NCBI RefSeq assembly: GCF_000020025.1
Contig: NC_010628.1
Span: forward strand, 4,770,001 to 4,802,000
Origin: Nostoc punctiforme PCC 73102
GTDB taxonomy: Bacteria; Cyanobacteriota; Cyanobacteriia; Cyanobacteriales; Nostocaceae
Direction of reading: 5' to 3'
DNA: 32,000 bases
The position numbers and the translations under genes were made by a program. Below, in pieces: positions 1 to 10,400 of the stretch. The notes beneath the pieces were generated by a model, which had not been told where the DNA came from, ran no database searches, and saw only the letters and a program-made list of their open reading frames with translations. Within the stretch, counting starts at the first letter, position 1. Each line of letters opens with the position of its first letter.

Positions 1-1520
1 GCGACAGATTGAGTTGTACCGATAGGTACGCTCACGGCAATTTTGAGCCGATCTACTTTCTGGCGAGCTTTAGCATTGTTTAAGTAAATTAATGCTTCTG
101 GGTCAGTGGAATTAGTTTTTCGATAAGCATCAAACTTTTCAATAGCAGTCTTACAGTCACTGTTAGCAAATGCTTGAACTCCAGCTTTTTTATCTGGGTT
201 TGTATCTGGTTTTAATAAAATTTCTTCACCCAAGCTAATTCTATCACCTAAAGTAAACTCCTCTTTGGTACAGGAGTTTTCTATTGGCGGAACTCCAGGT
301 TGAGATTTACTTCCTGGTCTCAAAAGGTAGACTACAGTACCGCCAATAACTAATCCGATTACTCCGATAATGCTAGCTGCTATATAGTTAAATTTGCCAG
401 GTTCGGGAGGTGGGGGATTGACAATTACCGGAGGTGGGGTAAGTGGCTGTTCAGCAATTATTGGAGCTTCTATTAGGGCTATATCTTCATCTCTAAGTCC
501 TAACGCTTGCTGAAGACGTTTCAAATTAGCGCCAGTTCTATCGCTGAGAGGAAACCCTTGTCTAATCTCGTCACGGAACGCTAGCTCATATTGCTGTAAT
601 TTTATCCTTTTGTTTTCGATAGGTGCTAAAACCTGAGTTTCAATTGCAGCAGCATCCTCAGATGATAATTGCAGGGTCTCTTGTAATGCATCCAATGCAG
701 TGCGACCAGCAACAGAAATTTTACCGTTCCCGCCCTCTACCCAATACTCAACTTCTCGAAGATATGTGAGTCTGGGATCGTTACTTGGTGCTTTTGCAAG
801 CTTTATTTTAAAGCCACCTTTGACAGGATATATCTCTGGTTTCATGGCTGGCGTACTTTCTTGGACCTTCTTGGCAGCGTATTCATGCAATTCATCAACA
901 GAAATCCAACCATCTTCATCGCGGTCTGCTGCACCAGTCTCTAACCCCTCAACTATGTAGCTGGTGTAAGTTGAGGTATCTACCCCATGCTGTTCAAAAG
1001 CAAATTGAGTTGAAGTCGAAGATGTAAGAACAGCCCGCCCTTCTCCACCCAATTGGTTCTTGACATCCACAAAACCATCATCTTTAGCCGCCATACCCTC
1101 TGCAAATGCGCCGCTAAAGCAACAATCGAGAATCACTACCTCGCGTTTGGAGCGACTATTGCTCATAACCTCATGGACAAAGTTAGCCGGTACTGTTGTT
1201 GCCCTAACTGGTACTCCCTTGTCAGTTTTACGGGTATTACGAGCCGCAAAGTAAAGCTTACCACTCTCATCTTTAATGCCATGTCCAGAAAAAAATAGCA
1301 GCACGAGGTCATCTTTTTGACGATTATCAAACAAGATTTCGATCGCTTCCTCCATCTCATGCCGTTGAGGGTTCAGCAGCACTTTGACATCATTAAAACC
1401 GCCAATCTCTGGGTTCTCTAAAACTCGCTGTATTGCCTCGACATCTTTTGTCGCTGCTGGCAATGGAGTAAGACCAGGTTCATACTCACTGACTCCGATT
1501 AGCAGTGCTACTTTTGCCAT
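1..1520 (-). CDS. Orthocaspase-type multidomain protein: N-terminal peptidase C14 (caspase-like) domain, helical linker, one TM helix, C-terminal periplasmic solute-binding (PBP type 1, Leu/Ile/Val-binding-like) domain; C-terminus cut by window edge
   Basis: Absent from the ORF track because there is no stop inside the window. Reverse-complement reading from ATG (1520-1518) stays open to base 1 (506 codons): MAKVALLIGVSEYEPGL... Caspase His motif LLFFSGHG (His80, nt 1283-1281). Cys motif VVILDCCFSGAF (Cys133/134, nt ~1122-1119). Hydrophobic helix FNYIAASIIGVIGLVIGGTVVYLL (nt 321-389). Then DPEALIYLNNAKA..LKIAVSVPIG, typical of the start of PBP1 binding domains. A GGGAG Shine-Dalgarno-like sequence lies just upstream of the ATG. 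Confidence 0.85.
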   Translation of the reverse strand, partial: MAKVALLIGVSEYEPGLTPLPAATKDVEAIQRVLENPEIGGFNDVKVLLNPQRHEMEEAIEILFDNRQKDDLVLLFFSGHGIKDESGKLYFAARNTRKTDKGVPVRATTVPANFVHEVMSNSRSKREVVILDCCFSGAFAEGMAAKDDGFVDVKNQLGGEGRAVLTSSTSTQFAFEQHGVDTSTYTSYIVEGLETGAADRDEDGWISVDELHEYAAKKVQESTPAMKPEIYPVKGGFKIKLAKAPSNDPRLTYLREVEYWVEGGNGKISVAGRTALDALQETLQLSSEDAAAIETQVLAPIENKRIKLQQYELAFRDEIRQGFPLSDRTGANLKRLQQALGLRDEDIALIEAPIIAEQPLTPPPVIVNPPPPEPGKFNYIAASIIGVIGLVIGGTVVYLLRPGSKSQPGVPPIENSCTKEEFTLGDRISLGEEILLKPDTNPDKKAGVQAFANSDCKTAIEKFDAYRKTNSTDPEALIYLNNAKARQKVDRLKIAVSVPIGTTQSV

Positions 1521-1547
1521 CTCCCTATTCTTCCTTGCTAATGGAAT

Positions 1548-1928
1548 TTATGAGTTGCCCGCGATAAACTTTTGAGCTTGTTCAATAGCGGCGTTTAACT
1601 CTTGCTGACTGCTAGCTTTCACCTTGAGTTTTTTACCGTTAGCTTCAACTTCCAACTCAATAGTTTTGTTACCCAAGCGATCGCCCAAAAATCCCAACAA
1701 TTTCTTAAAATTGGCAAGGCTCACCTCGGCCTGCAACACTCCTACCAAAAAGCCACCAACAGATTTGGCTCCTTGAGGTATTTCTGTAACTGCTACAAGT
1801 TCAGCACTTTCTACATCTAATTCTTTGATGTCTCGCAGCAGATTCCGTGTTTCCTGTTCTTGTTCCTCTGCATCTAAGTCTGGATTAGAAAGAGCGATCG
1901 TCAGTTTGACGTTAGATTCAGAACTCAT
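1548..1928 (-). CDS. Small acidic protein co-transcribed directly upstream of the orthocaspase; possibly the constant-partner family of caspase/trypsin effectors (EACC1-like, unverified)
   Basis: 126-aa ORF with ATG start. Its stop lies 27 nt before the caspase ATG on the same strand. Acidic N-terminal half (LDAEEQEQETRNLLRDIKELDVE), a Gly-rich hydrophobic centre (GAKSVGGFLVGVLQAEV) and a beta-like C-terminus (KTIELEVEANGKKLKVKA). Family assignment is from memory of cyanobacterial neighbourhoods only. Confidence 0.6.
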   Translation of the reverse strand: MSSESNVKLTIALSNPDLDAEEQEQETRNLLRDIKELDVESAELVAVTEIPQGAKSVGGFLVGVLQAEVSLANFKKLLGFLGDRLGNKTIELEVEANGKKLKVKASSQQELNAAIEQAQKFIAGNS

Positions 1929-2270
1929 TTTGTGCCCTTTTAGGTTTTTCAGCAGTTGATGGTCAATTGTATTTCTGTAGTATATCGATTGACATCACCT
2001 CTTCTATGTAAATTTCCGGAAACTTCTTCAAAATTTTTACAAAAACTCATAAAATTTAGGTAAAAATCTGGTATAAACACAGAACATCTTTCTTCAATAG
2101 CTTCAAAACTTAGAGGCATCAATACTATTTCATCTGACAAGTTGTTTTGATACAGCAGTTTTTTTACCAACGCTTGCGATCGCAAAGGAAGCTACTGAGT
2201 TTATCCTTGCAACTTCCTGGCGATCGCTAGATCAAACTATTACGGCGTAAATGCAGCAACGCTCTCAATT

Positions 2271-2296
2271 AACCAGAAAAGGGGCAAACTCCCCTT
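2271..2296 (-). terminator. Rho-independent terminator of ilvD
   Basis: On the minus strand: AAGGGG-AGTTTG-CCCCTT followed by TTCTGGTT, 37 nt downstream of the ilvD stop. Confidence 0.6.
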
Positions 2297-2332
2297 GTTA
2301 AAGGCGAACTTGCGCCACAGTTGTCAGGTTAA

Positions 2333-4018
2333 TTAAAACAAATCCAAATCTGTCACAGCACCGATGCTGCTAGAAGATACCAGTTTGGCATATTTCGCCA
2401 ACACGCCTTTGGTGTAACGTGGAGCGGGAGGTTGCCAATTAGCACGACGACGAGCTAATTCTTCTTCAGATATATTCAACTGCAAAAGGCGTGCGGGTGC
2501 ATCAATGGTAATACTATCGCCTTCTTCAACAAGCGCGATCGCACCACCCACTGCTGCTTCTGGAGCAACATGACCAACCACCATGCCATAAGTACCGCCA
2601 GAAAAGCGCCCATCGGTAATTAATCCCACCGCATCACCCAAGCCAGCCCCGATAATTGCCGAAGTGGGAGCCAACATTTCTCGCATTCCAGGGCCGCCTT
2701 TGGGCCCTTCGTAGCGAATAACCAAAATATCACCAGCTTGAATTTTACCCGCCAAAATTGCATCTAAAGAGGCTTCTTCCGACTCAAACACCCGTGCAGG
2801 CCCGGTAATGACTGGTTTTTTCACGCCGGTAATTTTAGCGACAGCCCCTTCCGTTGCCAGATTACCTCTGAGGATGGCTAAATGTCCTTGAGCATACATC
2901 GGGTTATTCCAAGCCCGAATCACATCTTGATTGGCAGATGGCTCTTCGGGTATGTCTGCTAATATCTCTGCAATGGTTTGACCGCTAATGGTGAGACTAT
3001 CACCATGCAATAAGCCATGTGCGAGTAGCATCTTCATGACTTGCGGAATGCCACCAGCTTTGTGCAAATCTGTAGCGACATATTTACCGCTTGGTTTTAG
3101 ATCGCACAAAACGGGAACACGGGCGCGGATTGTTTCAAAGTCATCTAGGGTTAACTCTACATTCGCAGCGCGGGCGATCGCTAAGAAATGCAATACTGCA
3201 TTGGTCGAACCACCCACCGCCATAATCACAGAGATGGCATTCTCTATAGATTTACGGGTGATAATTTGCCGGGGTAAGATTTGCTTCTTGATGGCTTCGA
3301 CTAGCACAAAGGCTGATTTTTCCGTGCTGTCGGCTTTTTCGGCATCTTCGGCTGCCATTGTGGAAGAATAGGGTAAACTCATTCCCATCGCTTCAAATGC
3401 TGAAGACATGGTGTTAGCTGTGAACATTCCCCCGCAGGAACCAGCGCCAGGACAAGCGCGACTTTCGACTTCTAATAATTCCTTGTCGTCAATTTTTCCC
3501 GCACTGTATTGACCAACAGCTTCAAAAGAACTGACAACGGTTAAATCGCGTCCGTTGTAGTGACCGGGTTTAATTGTGCCACCGTAAACGAATATTGCCG
3601 GGATATTCATCCGCGCGATCGCTAGCATTGCGCCTGGCATATTCTTATCACAGCCACCAATGGCTAGTACACCATCCATACTTTGTCCGGTACAGGCGGT
3701 TTCGATGGAATCGGCGATAACTTCCCGCGATACTAGGGAATATTTCATCCCTTCGGTTCCCATTGAAATCCCGTCGCTGATGGTAATTGTGCCAAATATT
3801 TGCGGCATTGCTCCGGCGGTTTTAATCCCAGCTTCTGCCCTCTGTGCCAGTTGATTTATCCCCATATTGCAGGGGGTGATCGTGCTGTAACCGTTGGCTA
3901 TACCGACAATGGCTTTATTGAAATCTTCATCTTTAAAACCAACTGCCCGCAGCATAGCTCGATTTGGCGATCGCTGCACTCCTTGCGTCACTACTTGGCT
4001 TCTCAAATTCTCCGACAT
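2333..4018 (-). CDS. ilvD: Dihydroxy-acid dehydratase
   Basis: 561 aa. The N-terminus [40 protein letters not shown] and GGSTNAVLH are hallmark IlvD/Edd motifs, and the length is typical. Confidence 0.95.
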
Positions 4019-4193
4019 CTTTTTTCCTTCCCTGGCATCATCGCTTGTATTGCGATTGTATTACCTGATTTTCTCATGTATACGCGGCGCGATGGAACAT
4101 GAGTAAGCATTGGTAATTTTCTATTAAAACCAAGACTTACGCATAAGAGATACCCCCTAACCCAATATGCTTGGGTTGAACAAAGTTTTAAGA

Positions 4194-6830
4194 CTATGGC
4201 TCGCTCAATAAGTTGTTAATAGCGTGTAATAATTGACGGAAAGTGTAAGGCTTCTTCAAAAATATATTGATACCAGCGTTAGCAGCATCGGCCATTTGGC
4301 TGTCCGTGCTCATGCCGCTGATGCCCATAATCTTGACTTGTGGATTCATTTGTTGCATTATGCCAATTGCAGTTAACCCATCCATTGACGGCATCATCAG
4401 ATCCATCAACACCATACTGATTTGATTTTGATGCTGGGCATATAATGAGATTGCCTCGATGCCATTAATAGCTGTCAAGGTTTTGTAGTTGTGGTCTTCT
4501 AGCAAAGTTTTGCTAATCTCTAGGATAGCGGCTTCATCATCTACAACTAGAATTAATTCTCCGTTGCCATTGAGCAATTCCAAGTTTTCTGCTTGTTGCT
4601 TTGTACTTTTGTTCAAGGCTGGTAGGTAGACTTGGAATTGGGAACCTTTGCCTACCTCACTAAACACTTTCACAAAACCATTGTGGTTTTTGACAATCCC
4701 AATCACAGTTGACAAACCTAAGCCAGTGCCTTTACCTGGTTCTTTAGTTGTGAAAAATGGTTCAAAAATTCGCTCTAAAATTACTGGAGAAATCCCAAAT
4801 CCTGTATCTGAAATAGTTATGACTATATAAGGGCCCACCTGGGCATTTAAATTCATTTTGGCAAAATTTTCGTCAACGAATAAATTTTCCGCAGAAATAA
4901 ATAATGTACCGCCTTTGGGCATTGCATCACGAGCATTGACGCACAAATTCATTAACACCTGATGAATTTGAGTTGGATCTGCCAAGATAGTCCAGAGTTT
5001 ATGTCTAGGTACATTATTGATAATTGCGATCGATTTTGGAAATGTGCTTTGGATAATTTGCTCAATTTCTAATAGTAGGTGTTCTATTTTTAAAGAAATG
5101 CCGTTGCCTTCTGACCGACGAGAAAAAGTCAGAATTTGTTTGACCAAATCCGCCGCTCGTTTAGAATTATGTTCAAGAAGCTTCAGCAGTTGTTGATTAC
5201 GTGCATCTAGATTGGGAAGTTTGAGCGCTAACATTTCCACTGAGGACAGAATGGGCGTAAGGATATTGTTGAGGTCGTGGGCAATGCCACTTGCCAATGT
5301 GCCAAGACTCTCTAGGCGCTGGGCGCGGAGAAATTGGGCCAGGAGTTGTTTTTTCTCTGTGATGTCGGTGTCAACAGAGAGGATGGATTTGGGTTGCTCT
5401 GCTTCATTACGCATCAATGTCCATCGGCTTTCCACGATAATTTCTTTGCCGCCCTTTGTCACTTTATGTAACTCACCTTGCCATAAGCCAGAGTCAAAAA
5501 CATTTGTTAAAGCCGCTTGCAATTGCTGTGAGCTTTCTTTGCATAGTAACTCCTCAAGGTTCTTTCCCAAAGCCTCATGAGCTTCCCAACCATATAGACG
5601 TTCTGCACCTTGATTCCAGAATAAGATTTGGTTTTGGAAATTCCGCACGATAATCGCATCAGAAGCTATATCTAATAAAGCTGCTTGTTCGCGGATTTTT
5701 TGTTCTGCCCATTTGCGCTCAATGGTCGTAGCTAACACATTAGCGATCGCTTGCAAAAAGTGAATATCATTTTGGGTAAACTCTCGCTGTCTAGTTGTGT
5801 GTGCGCCTAAAACACCCAGAGGTTGTTTTTGACCTTGAATGATGACGCTCATGCCACTGATCACTGAGTGGTTAATCAATAACGGCGGCCCTTGAAACCG
5901 TGTTTCTTTCCGCAGGTCACAAACAATTACTGGCTCATGGGAAAGTAGTGTATAGGAAGCTTGAGTCTCATTCCCTCCACCTAATTCTAATTTAAAATTT
6001 CCCACTAATCCTGGCTGCCAACCGACTCCCGATCGCAAGAATAAGCTGTTCTCATCTGGCAGCAATTCTAAAACTTTACTGTATTCCACCTCAAGGCTTT
6101 GAGTAACCAGGACAACAGCTTCGTCCATTAATTTGTAAAGGTCGATATTAGCTAGAGCTAACTGGCCCAATTTAGCTACGGCTGCCTGCTGGCGCACACG
6201 CGCTCTTAAACCAGCTTCCACCCGCTTGCGTTCAGCGAGTTCAGTATGTACCTGCTCATAAAGTTGAGATTGCTGGATGGCAATGCCCACCTGTACTGCC
6301 AATTGTTTGAGAAAATCGATTTCCCACGTCTGCCACTGGCGGGGTGCTGCACACTGGTTAGCAACTAATAATCCCCACAATTTTTTTCCTTGCAAAATTG
6401 GAACCGCCAAGTTTGCCCTGACTTGAAACTGAGTAAGTAAATCGCGATGGCATTCAGTCAGACCTGCTGTATAAATATCTGCAATAGCTTGGATGCGCCC
6501 ATGACTGTACTCCTCGCCGCGAGTTTCCATGAAATAAGTGTCTTGAACTTGGGTATTCAGGATAGCAATCCAACGATCATCAACAGACTCTACCACCACC
6601 ACCCCACTGTAGTCTGGTTCAAACTGATACATGAACACTCGATCTACTTGCAGGAATTGACGGACTTCAGTAACGGTAGTGTTGAGAACCTTGTCCAAAT
6701 TCAAACTCTGGCGGATGCGCTGGGCAATTGCCATCACCAATCGCTGCCATTGAATTTGCTGTTGTAGTGCCTCCTCTGCCTGCTGACATTCTGTGAGGTG
6801 ACACATTGAATTAAATTCATCATTGTTCAT
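4194..6830 (-). CDS. Hybrid sensor histidine kinase: GAF (Cys-His, bilin-type motif set) - GAF - PAS - HisKA - HATPase - receiver
   Basis: 878 aa. GAF1: VDRVFMYQFEPDYSGVVVVESV ... ADIYTAGLTECHRDLLTQFQVRANLAVPIL ... LWGLLVANQC. PAS: ILFWNQGAERLYGW. H-box: GIAHDLNNILTPI. GTGLGLS. C-terminal receiver: LILVVDDE ... VLMDLMMPSMDG. Confidence 0.9.
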   Translation of the reverse strand: MNNDEFNSMCHLTECQQAEEALQQQIQWQRLVMAIAQRIRQSLNLDKVLNTTVTEVRQFLQVDRVFMYQFEPDYSGVVVVESVDDRWIAILNTQVQDTYFMETRGEEYSHGRIQAIADIYTAGLTECHRDLLTQFQVRANLAVPILQGKKLWGLLVANQCAAPRQWQTWEIDFLKQLAVQVGIAIQQSQLYEQVHTELAERKRVEAGLRARVRQQAAVAKLGQLALANIDLYKLMDEAVVLVTQSLEVEYSKVLELLPDENSLFLRSGVGWQPGLVGNFKLELGGGNETQASYTLLSHEPVIVCDLRKETRFQGPPLLINHSVISGMSVIIQGQKQPLGVLGAHTTRQREFTQNDIHFLQAIANVLATTIERKWAEQKIREQAALLDIASDAIIVRNFQNQILFWNQGAERLYGWEAHEALGKNLEELLCKESSQQLQAALTNVFDSGLWQGELHKVTKGGKEIIVESRWTLMRNEAEQPKSILSVDTDITEKKQLLAQFLRAQRLESLGTLASGIAHDLNNILTPILSSVEMLALKLPNLDARNQQLLKLLEHNSKRAADLVKQILTFSRRSEGNGISLKIEHLLLEIEQIIQSTFPKSIAIINNVPRHKLWTILADPTQIHQVLMNLCVNARDAMPKGGTLFISAENLFVDENFAKMNLNAQVGPYIVITISDTGFGISPVILERIFEPFFTTKEPGKGTGLGLSTVIGIVKNHNGFVKVFSEVGKGSQFQVYLPALNKSTKQQAENLELLNGNGELILVVDDEAAILEISKTLLEDHNYKTLTAINGIEAISLYAQHQNQISMVLMDLMMPSMDGLTAIGIMQQMNPQVKIMGISGMSTDSQMADAANAGINIFLKKPYTFRQLLHAINNLLSEP

Positions 6831-7372
6831 CTGTAATATGCCTGATTTAATCCATTAGGTTGTCAATACCTGTGGTGACTGCTGGTTACGCCTCTAGGCT
6901 ATTGCCTGTAGCCCATACTTTGTAGAAATAGATATAGTTAAAAGTATCTGATAATGCAAGGATATAAATTTTACAAAGAAAGGCAGAGGGCAGATCGCGC
7001 AGCGTGTCGCAGACAAGGCAGAAGGAAAGAAGTATTAATAAAAACTTTAGTTGTGGGTCTAAAGCCCACTAGTATAAAAAGATTTGTGTCGAGTAGAGCG
7101 TCCTTACTTCAATCCCATGTTTTTAAACGTGGATTCCCTTCTGCTTTCTGAAGGCAGTTGTTATTTATATAGTTCTTCCTTACCTTAAAAGGTGTGCCGA
7201 TTCAATTTATGTTTTCTTTATTGCACCATAAATTATGATTTGTAACAACTTATAATAACTGTATATATATTGAGTTAGTGAATGAAAAAAGCGATCAATA
7301 TGGCTTAGACAGAGTTTTTTACTCTGTTTTGACCGTTAGCAATTAAATTAAACCTTACTGATAAATTATTAT

Positions 7373-7409
7373 AAAAAAAATGGTATTCATTTGTATAAAA
7401 TGAATACCA
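7373..7409 (-). terminator. Rho-independent terminator of the 1033-aa repeat-protein gene
   Basis: 11-bp perfect stem TGGTATTCATT / AATGAATACCA with a 7-nt loop. On the minus strand it is followed by T8 (plus-strand A8 at 7373-7380). It lies 38 nt after the stop. Confidence 0.75.
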
Positions 7410-7446
7410 CTCTCTATTGCTTAAAATTATCGATAACAGAGATATT

Positions 7447-10400
7447 TTACCCAGGTAGAGTTATCCCAGTCACAGCGATCGCACCTGCAATCGCACTGGC
7501 TGCAAGGGAAGCGATCGCTGTTCCAAATAACCACCATGCAGCATTTGCAACGGTTTTTTTGGTTTCTTCGGCTTGCTTTTTAGCTTGCTCTTGGATCGCT
7601 TTCAAACGTTTTTGGGTTTCTTTTTGGATGCGTTCGGCTCGTTGCAACACGCCATCCCGCGCCGCTTCTATTTGGTCGATAATCCGGTTAGCATCTGCCT
7701 CAGAGATATCCTGACGAGAACTGATAACAGCAACTAAGGTGTCACGATCGAACTGACTGAGGCGATCGCGCAATGCTTCAAATCCAGCTTGCGGATCGTC
7801 GAATACTTTGGCAAAGTCTTGCTTAATGCCTTCATAGTTGAGTTCAGAACGATTTAGGGAGTTAAGATAGTTGCGAACTTTGGCGAAAATTCCATCCAGC
7901 ACTGATTGCACCTTCTGCTGAATCTGCTGAAATTGTTCGACAATGGAACTGCGGACAGAATCAATTTGATCCACAATCCGGTTAGCTTCTTCTTCTGAGA
8001 TGTCCTCACGTTGGGATAACAGCGCCACGATTGTGGAACGGTCAAATTTTGAGGCGCGATCGCTTAAACTTCCAATTCCAGCGCGGGGAGAAGACAGCAG
8101 CAATTGTAAATCGCGTTTGATTCCTTCGGGGTTGAGTTCGTCTTTGTTGGTATTACGCAGATATTCTTCAAGATTAGCTTCAAAATCTAAAGCTTGTTGA
8201 GCAGTACGCTTGGCTAAACGTCGTGGCGCTCTTACAATGTCGCCAATGGCATCTTGTACGCGATCGATGATCTGATTAACTTGCTCTTGGCTCAAGTCTC
8301 CGCGCTGACTCACCAGTTGGACTAAGGTTTCTCGATCGACATGAGATAAGCGATCGCGCAGTGCTAAGGCTCCAGCTTTGGGATCTTCGAGTAATTTTTC
8401 CAAATCGCTTCTAATACCTTCGGGATCGAGTTCTTCCAAGTTGGTATTGCGGAGATATTCGGCGATGGCTTTTGTAGTTTTTTCGTACTGTTCTCTCGCC
8501 TGTTGCGGAACTTGCAAAATACTATCTCTGACTGCTTCAATTTGATCGAGAATTTGGTTTACCTGTTCTTCGCTCAAATCTTGACGCTGACTGAGCAATT
8601 GTACCAATGTGTCGCGGTCAAATTGCGATAGGCGCGATCGTAATAGGCTAATTCCGGCTTGCGGATCGTCTAGTAAAATTCTAAACTCACGTTTGATGCC
8701 TTCAGGATTGAGTTCGTCTTTATTAGTATTCCGCAAATAATTTTCAACTCTTTGACGCAGTTCATCAGCTTTCGCTTTTGCTTGTTCTTGCAATTCTCTA
8801 GCACGATTCAAGATATTATCGCGGTTGCGTTCGAGTTGATCAACAATATTATTAGCTTCCTCTTCGCTGACATCTTGACGCTGTTGCAGCAATTGTACAA
8901 AAGTATCGCGGTCAAATTGTCCGAAGCGGCTACTTAAATCTTCAAACCCAGCTTCTGGATCTTCTACTAACTTGGCAAAGTCCCGTTCAATACCTTCAGG
9001 GTTGAGTTCTTCTTTCCCAGTAGAACGGAGATACTCTTCGATGCGCGTGCGCAAATCTTGCCCTTTTTCTCGTGCTTCGGCTTGTTTTACAGTTTCCAGA
9101 ACTTCCGAGCGAGCGCTTTCCATTTGTTCGGAAATTTCTTTCACCCTGGGTTCACTGAGATCGCCTCGCTGATTCAGCAAGTTGGTGAAATATTCTTGAT
9201 TGATTTCTTCTAACTCTCGTCTCACAGTTGTCGGATCTGCGTTTACGTCATAGATGATTTCTTTAAATTCATCTAATAGCGTAATTCGGTTAAAATGCCA
9301 GGGAAATGAATTCAATATGTAATCTTCGACATCTGCTTTAATCGTGTTTTCAAGTGATATTGGTAGTCCTGCAGATATTTGCTCAGTGGCTTGCTCTCTA
9401 AACTTTTGAAATTGTTCTGTTACTTGCTCAACATCGACATCTTGAACTTTTTCTTTCAGCTTTTGCAACTGAGTTGTAATTTTGTTCACATCGATATTAG
9501 AAAGGTTAACCCGATCGAGAACTGCTGGTGCAGCAGCAGTCAAACCATATCGAATAGCTTGCTTAATTACACCATTACCATTACCACCTCCAACTGTAAC
9601 CAGTTGTTGAAGGCGCTCACCCAATTGCTCGGAATTGAGTTCTTCAGGAGTCGCAGACTTAAGTAAATTGATTACTTGTTCTGTGGGATTTTTTCGATTT
9701 AAAGCTTCTTGCCAAGCACCTTGAAGTTGGTCAGCAATGCCGTTGATATCTTCTTGAGATAAATCTGTGCGAGTGCTGATTAAATCAACAAATGTTTGAC
9801 GATTAATATTTTGTAACAAATCGCTATTAGCAACAGATTGTAAATCTGTATCTTTAAGAAGCTGGTCAAATTGGTTGCGAATTTCTTTGATATCCAGCTT
9901 TGGCAATTGCAGAGAACTTAAAGAACTTTGGAGAGTATTTTTAATCCCTTCAGAATCAAAACCTGAAGTTAATTCTCGCCGGACTGCGGCTGTAATATCT
10001 TCCGCAGTCGAAACTAACTGTTTTTTTGCAGTATTAGCACTGATACCAGCAGTTGCTGTACCCATCAGAGCTTGAAAACCAGAAGTAACAGTATTAGAGA
10101 TAGAACCAATTAAAGAACCTACGGCTGATGAACCCAACCAAATTACTAGTGAGAAATAGGTAGACCAGATGACTACACCAATAATTGATCCTAAGAATGC
10201 ACTTTCGATTAAGCTAAGTTTTACAGCTAGAAAGCAAGCAATAAATAATGCAATGCTCGCAGTTATTAACACCCAACTACCAACTTTTCCTTGAACCTTA
10301 CGAATTGTCTTACCCAAACCTTCTGACTCATCATCGGAATCTGAATCAATTTCCCAAGATGAGATTCCGACAGCAACTGAAAAGTTTGTGAATAACAATT

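Noticed and set aside
700-1575. Plus-strand track ORFs 700-960, 1053-1298, 1060-1254 and 1384-1575, and the minus-strand ORF 1163-1360
   Set aside because: All of them lie inside the long open caspase reading frame, either antisense or out of frame. They have low-complexity or odd composition and no recognisable motifs.
1949-2185. 78-aa minus-strand ORF upstream of the small acidic protein gene
   Set aside because: It has a non-ATG start, AT-rich promoter-like sequence and no recognisable motifs. It more likely covers the 5' region of the caspase operon.
2988-4106. Several plus-strand ORFs (2988-3371, 3660-3854, 3800-4102, 3894-4106)
   Set aside because: They are antisense shadows of ilvD, which is unambiguous. 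Their products are Cys/Ser/Arg-rich with no domain features.
4648-6767. Plus-strand ORFs inside the hybrid kinase gene
   Set aside because: They are antisense to a well-supported 878-aa multidomain gene.
6954-7151. 65-aa highly basic ORF in the kinase/repeat-protein spacer
   Set aside because: It overlaps dispersed-repeat sequence, has no ribosome-binding site and has an implausible composition.
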